NCBI GenBank assembly: GCA_951406725.2
Contig: OX597815.1
Span: 23,312,001 to 23,376,000, forward strand
Length of the DNA stretch: 64,000 nucleotides
From: Octopus vulgaris
Taxonomy: Eukaryota
Direction of reading: 5' to 3'
Made by a program: the position numbers and the translations under genes. Below, piece after piece: positions 12,198-25,720 of the stretch. Numbering within the stretch: position 1 is the first letter of the stretch; each line of letters opens with the position of its first letter. The notes beneath the pieces are model-generated. The model worked only from the letters and a program-made list of their open reading frames with translations, did no database searches and had not been told where the DNA came from.

Positions 12198-12276
12198 CAC
12201 TCCTCCACTTGCACTCCATCCTCCTCCACTTGCACTCCATCCTCCTCCACTTGCACTCCATCCTCCTCCTCTTCCA
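12198..12276. repeat. 21-bp tandem repeat (CTCCTCCACTTGCACTCCATC, about 3.5 units)
   Basis: Direct reading. Confidence 0.9.
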
Positions 12277-12385
12277 TTTTACAATGATTATATGAATTAG
12301 ATGAGTTAGCAGTAGAAAATGCTTCAACTTACCTTCAATTTCAAATTCAATTTCACCTCATCACCCATTCAATGGTCTTCCTCTT

Positions 12386-12614
12386 TGGTGAGCTGGCAGA
12401 AATGTTAGCACGCCGGGCGAAATGCTTAGCGGTATTTTGTCTGCTGTTACGTTCTGAGTTCAAATTCTGCCGAGGTCGACTTTGCCTTTCATCCTTTCAG
12501 GGTCAATAAATTAAGTACCAGTTACGCACTGGGGTCGATATAATCGACTTAATCCGTTTGTCTGTCCTTGTTTGTCCCTTCTGCGTTTAGCCCCTTGTGG
12601 GTAGTAAAGAAATA
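12386..12614 (+). mobile_element. SINE family 'B' with TSD
   Basis: Homologous to 6493-6730; TSD GGTCTTCCTCTT at 12374-12385 and 12615-12626. Confidence 0.9.
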
Positions 12615-13699
12615 GGTCTTCCTCTTCTATAAGCAGTATATGCTACTTTTTTACTCTGCAGGTGTTATGCAGACTTGTTCCATGACCTAACCAACAGACT
12701 TATCTTTGCTGTATGCAGCAGCTGAAGTTTTAATTACTTAATTGCTCCTTCACCTACTTATGTTCTAATTGCATACTTCTACAAATCTTTTTTACTTTTT
12801 TTCCATATTTAAGGCCTGTGCCTTAGTGCCATGTATTATCATACTACTTTCATTTATCTCATGCTATCAACCATTGCCACGAGCAGAAAAACAGTTTATG
12901 TCAGCCAAGATTACTCTCTGATAAACTTTTCCCTTTCTTTCTTATTAATACAAACTTACTATAACCATCTATTTTTTCACCTTTTTGTTAGAATGGAAGG
13001 CAGTGTCTATGACAAGCCTTTACTGATTTTCCAAGATGGAAGAATGGCAGGAAGGTATCCTTAACGTGGAGACCTAGCCTGAATACCCACCATAGAGTGG
13101 TCACTGTTACTCAATTAAAAGTATTTGAAGTGTCAGATGGTGGTGTTAAATTGGCTAAAAATTAGGTCTGCCACCAAAGTAGGTTATGGTGGGATTTGAA
13201 CTCAGGACACAAAGAGCTGGAAAAAATACTACATGTCATTTGATCTGATGCTCTTATATTTCCACCAATCCAATGCTCCGGATTGGTACTGTTTTATCAG
13301 CCTCAAAAGAATGAAAAGCAAAATTGATCTCCATGGAATCTGAACTCAGAACACAGAAAGTCAGAACAAATGCTGTGAGGCAATCTATTTGATGTTCTGA
13401 TAACTCTCACAATTCATTGCTTGATTAAGTATCCCAGGTAACAAAAACTGATACATTTTTTTAATGCTGCTATTGTATTGCTAAGTATCCCTTCACATTT
13501 TTCACATCTAAATTCCTGATTTCTGTTTCTCCGTCAATCTACCAGAGATTCTACTACGTATGAAAATTTTCAAAAACACCCAAATTTGAATTTTTTGCAT
13601 TATTCATGAACTATAATGATAAGAGTTATTAGAACAATAAACACTTATTTGTTTCTTAATGGACTTGATGCCAATTCTAAATTTTTTCATTTGTCCACT

Positions 13700-14100
13700 A
13701 GTAGTGATTTGTACAAATCTTAGTTGCTATTCATCTCACCTTGATTTTTCAGTACTACTCATATTACAAAACATATGACCTTACAAAGAACACCCCCAGG
13801 TTGGTGTTAGTCAAGTTTACTCTTAGTCAACTATTGCAGTTATCTCATTGAAAACGTTTTCTGTAGTTCTACTATAAACTCAAATGATTCAACTATTTTC
13901 AAGACTTGGTCCATTAGTTTGAGATCTTTGTAATTCCTCCTTTACAGTATATTTACTTTGCCCTTGTAGCAGTTGAGGATGACACATCTGTTGGGTATAA
14001 ACCTTCATGTACTGTATAATTAATTTAGTGAGTAATTAGCATAATATCTATACAGCTTAATCTTTCAATGTCTCAGTAATTATTGATGGACCTTACAACT
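13700..14100 (-). mobile_element. Ancient RTE RT fragment
   Basis: Frameshifted VILNCYKGK / RNYKDLKLMDQVLKIVE, matching CYKGK..RNNYRGIKLLDQVMKV in younger copies. Confidence 0.6.
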
Positions 14101-14192
14101 TTTCCAATCTCTAACTTTTTGTCTCACTAACTATTTCTTACTAATCTAAATAGCTATTCAATACCTGGTTCTATTTGTTAATCTCCCATAAT

Positions 14193-14578
14193 GGGATGGA
14201 AGCACTCTGTTGGTTACGACGACGAGGGTTCCGGTTGATCCGATCAACGGAACAGCCTGCTCGTGAAATTAACGTGTAAGTGGCTGAGCACACCACAGAC
14301 ACGTGTACCCTTAACGCAGTTCTCAGGGATATTCAGCGTGACACAGAGAGTGACAAGGCCGGCCCCTTGAAATACAGGTGCAACAGAAACAGGAAGTAAG
14401 AGTGAGAGAAAGTTGTGGTGAAAGAGTACAGCAGGGATCACCACCATCCCTGCCGGAGCCTCGTGGAGCTTTAGGTGTTTTCGATCAATAAACACTCACA
14501 ACGCCCGGTCTGGGAATCGAAACCGCGATCCTACGAGCGCAAGTCCGCTGCCCTAACCACTGGGCCATTGCGCCTCCA
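14193..14578 (-). mobile_element. SINE family 'C', young copy with TSD
   Basis: CpG-rich; TSD ATCTCCCATAAT at 14181-14192 and 14579-14590. Confidence 0.9.
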
Positions 14579-14852
14579 ATCTCCCATAATAACACTTCCG
14601 TGACTTTATCATTTCATTAACATTGAATGTCAGCTATTGACATTCCAACCATATTTTCTCACCCCAACCCCTCTGTCACTTCCTTGCAATTCAGAATATT
14701 TCTCGCTTCTCATCCTTACAACACAGAACATTAGCAAATCCCTCACAGTCAGTTTCTTTCTTGATTAAATAAACCAGCTTATCGGCTCTGTACCTCTAAA
14801 TTCATAATACTGGTCCTTGCTATTCTTTTTCTTCATTTCTTTCAGAACAATT

Positions 14853-15267
14853 ACTCTCTTTACTCTTTTCTCTTTTACTTGTTTCAGTCATTTGACTGCG
14901 GCCATGCTGGAGCACCGCCTTTAGTTGAGCAACTCGACCCCGGGACTTATTCTTTTGTAAGCCCATTACTTATTCTATCGGTCTCTTTTGCCGAACCGCC
15001 AAGTAACGGGGACATAAACACACCAGCATCAGTTGTCGAGCAATGCTAGGGGGACAAACACAGACACACAAACACACACACGCATATATATATATATATA
15101 TACATATATATGATGGGCTTCTTTTGTTTCCGTCTACCAAATCCACTCACAAGGCTTTGGTCGGCCTGAGGCTATAGTAGAAGACACTTGCCCAAGGTGC
15201 CACGCAGTGGGACTGAACCCGGAACCATGTGGTTGGTAAACAAGCTACTTACCACACAGCCACTCCT
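14853..15267 (-). mobile_element. SINE family 'A'
   Basis: Reverse complement of 11745-12126. Confidence 0.9.
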
Positions 15268-15559
15268 ATTTTGCATTTTATAAACCTTCCACTACATCAT
15301 TCCACATTCAAAGTTTGGCTAGGACCTTGCTTCACCCACACAATTGGTCAGTTGTTTGCATTTAGTTGTCCTTCGGAAATGTTTCCCCTTCTCAAGCTAA
15401 ACAGGTATCGCAAATGCATAATCACGAAGAACAAAACTAGAAGAATGGATAATACAGAACAGAAGCTTCACTAACTTAACATTCATCTCAGTAACAATTA
15501 AATTTGTAGCTGTCATTGAACTCTATCAAGCAATATCACGTGAATATTCATTCATTCAT

Positions 15560-15952
15560 TTACTTGTTTCAGTCATTTGACTGTGGCCATGCTGGAGCAC
15601 CACCTTTAGTCGAGGAAATCGACCCCAGGACTTATTCTTTGTAAGCTTAGTACTTATTCTATCAGTCTCTTTTGCCGAACCGCTAAGTTACGGGGACGTA
15701 AACACACCAGCATCTGTTGTCAAGTGATGTTGGGGTAGGGGGGCAAACACAACAAACAAACATACACACATATATATATATACATATATACGACGGGCTT
15801 CTTTCAGTTTCCGTCTACCAAATCCACTCACAAGGCTTTGGTCGGCCCGAGGCTATAGCAGAAGACACTTGCCCAAGGTGCCACGCAGTGGAACTGAACC
15901 CGGAACCATGTGGTTCGTAAGCAAGCTACTTACCACACAGCCACGCCTATGC
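15560..15952 (-). mobile_element. SINE family 'A'
   Basis: Reverse complement of 11745-12126. Confidence 0.9.
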
Positions 15953-16039
15953 CTGTAAATATGATAATTTACATTGAACATCTCATTTTACATCCTACAC
16001 GAAGTAAACATAAAAATGGAATATAAAACATGAAGAGCT

Positions 16040-17200
16040 GGTTTTTGACTTATCTGCTTCACAAGTCACGAATAACAACTTCCTGGTCCCACCCATTCAG
16101 TCCACATGCATTCAAGCAGCCTACTTTCAATATTGGTCTAATTGAAGATGGGGGAAAACCATTTACCTTATGGATGGTGATGGAGTGCATTGTGTATTCT
16201 GGGTTTCCCAAAAGACCTCCACTCAGCATTTTGGGTGCAGGCATCTTTATGAATTGCTCCACATCCAATGAGGAGTTCTCTTTCATTGAGGATTTCTCCA
16301 TGATGTTAGTCTTCACCAGGAGTATGTCTCCTTTACTTTTTTAAAGAGGACTAATTCTGTTCTCTCCCTATTTGCTTCAGTTTTTTTGTAATGTTTGTAA
16401 TTTTGCCAAATTCTTGTTGCCTTCGCACAGAAATTGTTGCTTTTTGCACAGAACAATTGAGGAGTATTTGTTGCTTCTGTTGTCACTCTTAGTATTGCTT
16501 TATAGTTCTTTCTGTGCTTGTTTGTGTTGTTATTGTTTCTCATCATCATTTGACAGATCCTTTACTCTCAAAATCCTCTCTCCTGTTATTTTAGATCTGC
16601 CGATCTTCAAAGTTTGGAGCATCTTTCTCCTTTTAGACTTGTAGTGATGCTACTGTGTAAGGTTCAGTGCGCATGCGCAGAATGGGACTACTTCCAGGTG
16701 GCCACCGGATAACCTGACTTCGTCTGTTATATCTAACTAAATTGAATGTGACGGGATCGGATCGGACACCCCTTCAGTGATACCGATTCCAGATCCTGTT
16801 ACAGACTCGATCAATTGTGAATTTTATGGCTCAACTTCATCACTTGTAGGTGAAGTTTTTGTGGAAGACAAAAGCAGCAGCATAAGTTGTCATCGACTTT
16901 CTTGTTGTATTTGTTATTGATGTTGGCAGCAGTAGAATTATATTTTCTAGTTATTACTTTGCTTTTTCATAAAAGGCCAGAGATGGTTAATACCACCACC
17001 ATAATTGAAGCAATTTGGTTTCCTGCTCTTTTCTATTACCACCATATTTTGTAACTAGACTGGAAATATAAATATTTTCAGGTGGGTTTAGCACCTGAAT
17101 CTCCTGCCAAATTTTCAGGCATATCTCAAGAGAGGAAGACAGATGACATGCTGCCTCACCATATTATTCTGTCATTGCCATCAAAATGCACTAATCTAAA
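16040..17200 (-). mobile_element. Probable degraded LINE ORF1 plus start of the ORF2 AP-endonuclease
   Basis: ILKVGCLNACGLN resembles the APE N-terminal motif (.G.LN.RGL). The upstream minus-strand sequence is A-rich, coding-like and full of stops. Confidence 0.4.
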
Positions 17201-17883
17201 TATAGTGGGACATTATGAATCATCACTTTAGTGGAGTAGAGCCACAACTATTTTAGACAGGAAAAAGATTAAATTCCTCAAAGACAAACTTTTTTGTGTC
17301 TCCCAGTGACTACACACAAGGAAGAAAAAGAATAAATGTTGAAAGTTTTTAAACCTTTTTCTTCCTAAAATATCTAAAACAATTACAATGATAAAAATTC
17401 CTGCTTTTATCAGAAAATTTATGAAGCTTGTTTATGGTCAAAGCAGTTCAGAAACAGAGATGATGATGATGATGATGCTGATGATTACGATTGTTTCAAA
17501 TTTTAGTAGAAGGCCATCAGTTTTGTGGGGAGGAGATTAGTTAATACTGTCAGCCCTAGTATTTGATCAGCACTTATTTTTATTGACCCTGCAAGGATGA
17601 AAGGCAAAGGTGACCTCAGAGGGATTTGAACTTAAATAATAATTATTTGGTTTATAAATCACAAAAGCCAGATGTTGGGAACAGCAGAAAGAAGGAATAC
17701 AAAACTGGGTGGATAGGGATCTACAGTAGGTAAAACAGAAAGTAATAATGACAACAACAGACAACAATACAATATCAACATAGTAAAGATCTGTAAATTG
17801 GGTATGCAACCCCAGAACTAAAGGATCTTGTAGATCTAGCATTAATCTGACTACTAAGGATAAGTGCCCTCCCCAGACTACCA

Positions 17884-17887
<4 letters not shown>

Positions 17888-17920
<33 letters not shown>

Positions 17921-18078
17921 TGTGTACAGTGCTCAGGTGCACTACAACTCATCTAAAGTCTATATATAATCAGGTGTAGTTTCGGTGGATTTCGGAAAGC
18001 ATGAGGGCCTTAAAGGATGCAGTGTCATGGCAGTCAACAACTGACGCAGGCAGTTTATTCCATGCTTCAGCAACTCTA
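17888..18078 (-). mobile_element. 3' end of a CR1/L2-group LINE with terminal stem-loop and (TTA)n tail
   Basis: RVAEAWNKLPASVVDCHDTASFKALM..YT*, a short UTR, AGTGC-ACCTGA-GCACT hairpin and (ATT)n. Confidence 0.8.
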
Positions 18079-18348
18079 ATATATAATATAATATGCTAAT
18101 TCATTCATGCTCACCACTCTCATCTATATTTGAAAAAATTTATTATATGGTAGCACCTTCCTCTCCACCCTAACCTTTCTGTTTAAGTGGAACTCAAAGA
18201 AATTGATGCTGGATGATTGAAGAGGAGAGTGTCTGTCCTTGATTATTTCAGCCATGTTAGTCATACTGCCTCTTTTGCAATAGTTTTCAGACAGGAAAAT
18301 TGTTTCTCCTTCCCAAGGATAATGAATTCCATCTTACATACAACTATA

Positions 18349-18755
18349 GGCGCAGGAGTGGCTGTGTGGTAAGTAGCTTGTTTACCAACCACATGGTTCT
18401 GGGTTCAGTCCCACTGCGTGGCACCTTGGGCAAGTGTCTTTTGCTATAGCCTCGGGCCGACCAAAGCCTTGTGAGTGGATTTGGTAGACGGAAACTGAAA
18501 GAAGCCCGTCGTATTTATGTATATATATATATATGCGTGTGTGTGTTTGTGTGTCTGTGTTTGTCCCCCTAGCATTGCTTGACAACCTATGTTGGTGTGT
18601 TTATGTCCCTGTTACTTAGCGGTTCGGCAAAAGAGACCGATAGAATAAGTACTGGGCTTACAAAAGAATAAGTCCCGGGGTCGAGTTGCTCCATTAAAGG
18701 CGGTGCTCCAGCATGGCCGCAGTCAAATGACTGAAACAACTAAAAGAGAAAAGAG
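18349..18755 (+). mobile_element. SINE family 'A'
   Basis: Homologous to 11745-12126. Confidence 0.9.
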
Positions 18756-19125
18756 TATAGCTGTTCAACAACGTTTCACAGTTGTTGACAGTCATTCCTT
18801 TCAACTGCTGAAAGGTTTTGCTTATCAAGAATGAAGCATTCAGTATCTAGCACTTGGGTCTGTATCTAATTATCCTCTCTAAATTAAACATACTGATAAT
18901 ATCTGTGTTGACAACTGACTGAAATTATGAACAGCTAATACAATCTCTGTCGACTAACCAAACAAATACTCTGTCTAGATACAACCCAGGTGACCTGATG
19001 CAGTTCACATTGTGTATACAGAAACTCAGTCAGATTCTTTTACACAGTGGAATTGTCTGAGCAGGTTTGTTGGGCTCTAACTCCCACTTTCTTATCAGCT
19101 AACTCCACAGAAACCTAGTGTGTAT

Positions 19126-19900
19126 CTACCATAAATCCTCAAGTGTAATCTGCATTTTTTTCCAAAATTTAAAGGTCAAAATCCCTAGTGCATACTATAT
19201 ACGAAGTTAAAAAGAAAAATAATTTCTAAGCAATGTCCGAGTTTCTATTTGCTGTCCGGCGATGTTTATTCAGATGCATTTTGTGATGTTGGGCATGAAA
19301 ATGCCTTCAGCTAAGCCTGAAAGCAATGAAGTCATAAAAGACTCATCCATAACTTGCAGTAAGCAACATTTATTAAAATAAAAGTATTCAGAAGACAGAC
19401 TAACATGTAACAAAAACAATTTGCAAACATATTTACATTCCATATAACAGTTAAGAACATCACCATTCTTGTATTACGCATGCGAGGAAGTGTTTGTGCG
19501 ACTAGGTGCTGCTGGCTTAATTATGCACAAATTGTGCTTAATAGTTTAGCTCTAAATAGTTCATCCTGCTGTTTGTATTGGCAGATTGCATCATTACTGT
19601 GGCAAACAATAGATACTTAATTAAATACCAGTATTAAATGTTCAAACTACTGTGGTTCTTTACTAGGGTTTTTTATAAGCAGAACTTAAACCTGTACATT
19701 AATCTCCAATAAAACATTTTATACATTACATGCCCATAAAATGCCTCGTAAATCTTATTCAGCTATGTTTAAACTTGAAGTTATATCATATGCTGAAGGA
19801 CGTTACCGTATACATTTTTATAAACCAAGGACGTTATATAGACCTCCTTGACTCAAGTTAGAGAAGAGGTGTGTATTATACATAAGGTTTAGGTTTTTCA
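19126..19900. mobile_element. Degraded Tc1/pogo-like non-autonomous DNA transposon
   Basis: TACCATAAATCCTCAAGTGTAAT terminal-like motif and subterminal GTG.(A/G)T.(C/T)TATA repeats; the right TIR was not found. Confidence 0.35.
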
Positions 19901-20709
19901 GAGGTGCAGCCCCCTAGTGGAAGGTAATTCTGTGCATGTGTGTGTATTTTGTTGGATAGGTAATTGATCCTATCCAAAAGTAACTGATGAGCACTGCTCA
20001 TCAATTACTTTTGTAGCATCTTAACCTTTCCTTATTAACAACAGTGAAATGAAAAATGTGAAATCAGTCATCTATTTCCTTCCTAGCCACTTGTTTTGGA
20101 TACAGTCCTACTGTGTGGTACCTTGGGCAAGTGTCTTCTACTATAGCTCTGGATTAACCAAAACTGAAAGAAGCCTGTTAAATATGTATGCATTTGTATG
20201 TGTCTCCTTGTATTGACATCACATGATAGTTGTAAATTGGTGTCGCTGTCATACAAGCAGTGTCAACCATTTCCAATAGTCTGTGGAAAACATATCTGGC
20301 TTTGTGGAAACATTACCTTGCTTGGAAACAGGTGAGGGGTTGGTGATAAGAAGGTTGTCCATTCAGCTGTAGAAAATCTGCCTCAATGAATTCTACCCAA
20401 CCCATACAAGCATAGAAAAGTGAATATTAAAATAACGATGATCATATACAAAAGCTGCTAATTTTATTGATTAAATGTTACATGAGGAAAAAAAACATAG
20501 CCTGCTTGATAAGCAAAATGTTGAATGGAAATGAAACAACTAGTTTGATAGATTAATTGTCCTGTCGAAATAAAACATCACTTTAACAAATTAAACAATT
20601 ACAACTTTACTTTGCTCATCAACTATATTATAAATATATACACTGAGTTTCAATTCTGCTGAGGTTGATTTTGCTTTTCATCCTTTCAGGGTCAATAAAA
20701 TAAGTACCA

Positions 20710-20930
20710 ATTTCTTTACTACCCACAAGGGGCTAAACACAGAGGGGACAAACAAGGACAGACAAACGGATTAAGACGATTACATCGACCCCAGTGCGTA
20801 ACAGGCACTTAATTTATCAACCCCGAAAGGATGAAAGGCAAAGTCGACCTCGGCAGAATTTGAACTCAGAACGTAGCGGCAGAAGAAATACTGCAAAGCA
20901 TTTCGCCCGGTGTGCTAACATTTCTGCCAG
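20710..20930 (-). mobile_element. SINE 'B' inserted in inverted orientation into an older B-related copy (about 20643-21000)
   Basis: Reverse complement of 6493-6730; it interrupts AAGTACCA...TTGAACACTAGGG. Confidence 0.8.
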
Positions 20931-22022
20931 TTGAACACTAGGGTCAATGTAATTGGTTTACCCTCTCCCCTGAATTTGCCGGCCTTCTGCTAAAACTTGA
21001 AACTAATATATTCCTTATGTTGCTTTATACATATATAGTTGCTAGTGTAGCGAGTTAATGAGTAGCCCAGTGAATAATTTTAGTAGGCAAATGTACATAT
21101 TTAGTGTGGCTACTATTAGCTATCAATCCTTAGTGATTGGTGTTGGATGAGGTTAACTCTGCAGATTTGTGGTGGGTGTTGATTTTTTAGCTTCAGGTAA
21201 GATTTGACCAAATAAATATATAACGATGTTCAAGCTATGGCTATCACATCATTTTTTCAGACATAGTATATCTAGGACCAAATTAGCTAATGTATCCTTT
21301 ATTTTTCTAGGACAGCTGGGCTAAATTTGAGGGAGATGAGGTTGCTTTTCTTGTAGGTCAAACAACTGTATAAAACCTAACCCACTAGCTCATTAGTTTG
21401 AGGTCTAATTGGGTATTGTTTCTGATTAATCCTATATGTTTCTGTTGGTTCGTGTTGCTAATCTGAAGTCTTTGAGGGCTACCATTGATAATAGACCAAC
21501 TTACATATTTCTCTAGTTATTAGTAGTAGCATTATCTTTGCTGATTAGCATTGTTAACTTGGTGATGCCAGAGTCAACACAACACATACCAAGCATCATC
21601 TTTTCGATGGCAGTTTTCAGGCAAAAACAACAATTCAAAACAAAAAAATTTAACCCATTTTTTTGTTTTGTTATTTCTGTTATGTTGTTTCAAAGAATAC
21701 TTTATTTATCACAGCTCTGGTTGGTATTCCATCAGTTTCTTGAAACTTATCACTATGGCAATATATTTGTTACTATGGTAAATAGTGCCTGTTGTTATGC
21801 AAAGATATCTATTATACATTTATCTGGATTTAATGGTACAAGGAAACATTACAAGCATAAAAAATGCAAGTGTTGGGTGTGGGATAATAGTAATAGAGGT
21901 CATTTTTCATGTGGTGTTAACTTGACAAGGAGATTGAATAAGAGAGGGAAAGTGATAGATTAATAGTGATAGAGATGAATATATGTCTAAATATGTATGT
22001 ACATATGTATGTATATTGTATA

Positions 22023-22053
<31 letters not shown>

Positions 22054-22515
22054 TCATATATATATATATATATAAACCAGCTTAGAGAAGAAGAAGAAAC
22101 GAAACGAAACCAAACGAATCGAATCGAATCGACGCGAAGGCGCTCAGTCATACAACAGTGTAATAAATAAAATATATGCATACATACAAACATATATGTA
22201 CATACCTACATCTACATGTATATATACATGCATATATAAATATATATACGTGTGTACAGGACACCACAAACAGACGTAGAACTCAACGAGAAACGAAAAC
22301 GTAAAAACAGCATGGAACGGACCATTTTTTTAACAACGAAAAAACAGAGTACAAGACAACTACACAAGGAAAAATCCCCTTCATCAGCTGTCCCTATATA
22401 TATATCCAGTGTATATATATATATATATAGTGTTTTATTTTATATCAAGTTATATATAAAAACAATTTAAACTAAAGGATTACTGACTACATTTTAAACT
22501 TTTATAAGGAAAAAA

Positions 22516-22600
22516 TTGACAGTGACATAAAAGTTTTGATTTGCTTGCCTTTATCAATCTTATGAAGGTAAGCAAGCTGAAACTTCAAAGTCACTGTCAA
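22516..22600. repeat. Imperfect palindrome with degenerate hammerhead-like cores
   Basis: TTGACAGTGAC...GTCACTGTCAA arms; CTTATGA-AGG..CT-GAAAC..GTC. Confidence 0.55.
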
Positions 22601-22941
22601 CCTTTACTTTGTAATAGTTAAGAATATATATATGTGTGTATATATGAGAATCAAAATCGATCAACATCAATGGAAATTGCAGCTGTGATACCAGTGCTGG
22701 TGGCACGTAAAAAGCACCATCCATTCATGGCCGTTTGCCAGCCTCGTCTGGCACCTGTGCCGGTGGCACGTAAAAAGCACCCACTACACTCACGGAGTGG
22801 TTGGCATTAGGAAGGGACATTCAGCCATAGAAACATTGCTAGATCGGACTGGGCCTGGTGCAGCCTTCTGGCTTCCCAGACTCCAGTTGAACTGTCCAAC
22901 CCCTGCTAGCATGGAAAGCAGACGCTAAATGATGATGGTGA

Positions 22942-22979
<38 letters not shown>

Positions 22980-23220
22980 TAAATGAAAGAAGGAAGACAA
23001 GAGAATTTTTATTAATCACTACAATTGTTTCAATACATCAAGCATCAATTCCTCACAGGTGGCATACTTAACAACTGGTTCAGGAGCATCCAATGGTGCA
23101 GATGTCTCTCTTTGGGTGATAAATAGATATAACTTGTTAAAATAACAGTTCCATAATGTATATTCTCATTTCGTGTAAAGAAAAGCAGCAAACGTATATG
23201 TATGCATACATGTGTGTGTG

Positions 23221-23406
<186 letters not shown>

Positions 23407-23730
23407 TGACTCTTCCATCAAAGACAACATATGAGTGTTCAGCTTTTGCTGAACAGCCAGCACAAATGACTTGTTTATAGTGATCAAATGTTTGTACCAC
23501 ACATTAGCTCACTCTTTCCATCAAATCAATGTTTTCTGAACAGGTGCACGGTGTACCACACATCAGGTGTCAATGTGATTGCAGAGTAACATGTGATGAA
23601 GTGTTTTGCTCAAGAACACAATGCACCACCTGGTCTAGGAATTGAAATCATGATCACTAGAGCGTGAGTGCAACACCCTAACCACTAAGCCATGCACCCT
23701 CATGTATGTGTGTGTGTGTATATATATATA

Positions 23731-24147
23731 TAATCAAAGTAAGCAATAAGGATATCCAAAGGTAATGCAGTACGATTGTTTCACGCAACTCCATTTAATT
23801 TAACACATGCAAGTATTACATCAGTTTTAAAATGTAGAGCAATCTTCAGTTGCATATAAATATAGAATTTAGTTAAATTGAACAGACTCCTTTTTATACT
23901 TATTCCATTTACCAACATCACAAAGAGGGTAAGTAGGTAGACAGAGAATTATGTTTCATCAACAGAAACATGGTAATAATTAACATTTTTTCATGGAGAT
24001 ACTGCTTATCATTGATTTTACTTTGCTATTTAGATTTACTATTGGGGAGGGGAATTGTTGTAATACTTGCATTGTTTAATTAAATGAAGTAGCATGAAAC
24101 GATCGTACTGCATTACCTCTGGATATCCTTGTTGCTTAATTTGATTA
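23731..24147. mobile_element. Element with about 90-bp inverted arms and a hammerhead-like motif (Penelope pLTR-like)
   Basis: Arms at 23731-23820 and 24059-24147. Minus strand 23855-23765 reads ATGCAA-CTGAAGA...GAAAC-AATC-GTA-CTGCAT. Confidence 0.65.
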
Positions 24148-24245
24148 TAATCACCCCACCTTGAATTATATGGATAATACTGTATCAAATTCTGCTGCCT
24201 TTAACTTAAGTACCATATTCGACTGAATCTAAATTTTTACTGAAC

Positions 24246-24247
<2 letters not shown>

Positions 24248-24276
<29 letters not shown>

Positions 24277-24436
24277 CATACATACATACATACAAATACA
24301 TACATACATACATACATACAAATACATACATACATACAAATACATACACATACATACATACATACAAATACATACATACATACATACATACATACATACA
24401 TACATACATACATACAAATACATACATACATACAAA

Positions 24437-24465
<29 letters not shown>
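24248..24465. repeat. (CATA)n microsatellite
   Basis: Direct reading. Confidence 0.95.
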
Positions 24466-24472
<7 letters not shown>

Positions 24473-24661
24473 TATATATACATATATATAAACATATATA
24501 TATATATTTATAATTATCGGAGTAAAGGCGCTAAGCAGTGTTTATGTATAATCACAATTTAGGTTAGTTGAAATATGTTTGTCCCATATTTTAACTGCTA
24601 AAGGCAAATACGCTGCAGCTACGATGCTTTTTTTTTTATTTTGATAAGCCTGGTACTTATT

Positions 24662-25155
24662 CTGGAGGTGCAATGACCCAGTGGTTAGGGCAACGAACTC
24701 GTGGTTGAAGGATTGTGGTTTCAATTCCTAGAATGGGCATTGTGAGTGTTTATTGAACGAAAACACCTAAAACTCCACAAGGCTCCGGCAGTGGGTTGTG
24801 GTGAACCCTGCTGTACTCTTTCACCACAAGTTTCTCTCACTTTTTCATCCTGTTTCTGTTGTACCTGTATTTCAAAGGGCCAGCCTTGTCACACTCTGTG
24901 TCACACCGAATCTTCTTGACTACGTTAAGGGTACACATGTCTGTGGAGTGCTCATCCGCTCGCACGTTAATAAAGGAGCTGCAACGTCAATGGTGCCAAG
25001 CTGTATCGGCCCCCTTTGACTTTCCCTTGGATAACATCGGTGGCGGGGAGAGGGGAGGCTGGTATGCGTGGGCAACTGCTGGTCTTCCATAAACAACCTT
25101 GCCCAGACTTGTGCCTCGGAGGGTAAATTTCTAGGTGCAATCCCATGGTCATTCA
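24662..25155 (+). mobile_element. SINE family 'C' (older copy with extended 3' part)
   Basis: Reverse-complement homologue of 14193-14578. Confidence 0.8.
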
Positions 25156-25672
25156 CAACAACCCAATGTACTTATTCTATCAGTTTCTTCTTGTGAAACC
25201 AGTAAGTTATGGGGATGTAAATAAATGAACAGCAGTTGTGAAGCAGTGATGAGGGAGAAACACAAAGACACACATATAGACTTACATATATACATACATA
25301 TATATATGATTGATTTCTTTCAGTTTCTGTCTACAAAATCCACTGACAAGGCTTTGGTTGGTCTGAGGCTATAGCAGAAGACACATGTCAAGTCACCACA
25401 CAGTGGGACTGAATCCAGGACCATGTGTTTTGGAACCAAGTTTGTTACCACAGAGCCACACCTGCACCTATGTATATGTGTGTGTGTGTGTGCATGTGTG
25501 TGTATGTGTGTATATATGTAGGCATGTATATATGTGTATATATATGTGTACATATTACATGTACATCTATATATATATACATCTACACATCTACATGTAT
25601 ACATATACATAAATTCATATACATCTATACATATACCGCTATACATATACATGTATAGATATACATCTCTAT

Positions 25673-25720
<48 letters not shown>

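Noticed and set aside
14500-14578. tRNA gene
   Set aside because: The tRNA-like sequence continues into a SINE body flanked by a TSD; the same holds for the other SINE heads.
21538-21963. 141-aa ORF as a gene
   Set aside because: Non-ATG start, no recognisable motif and no convincing splice context.
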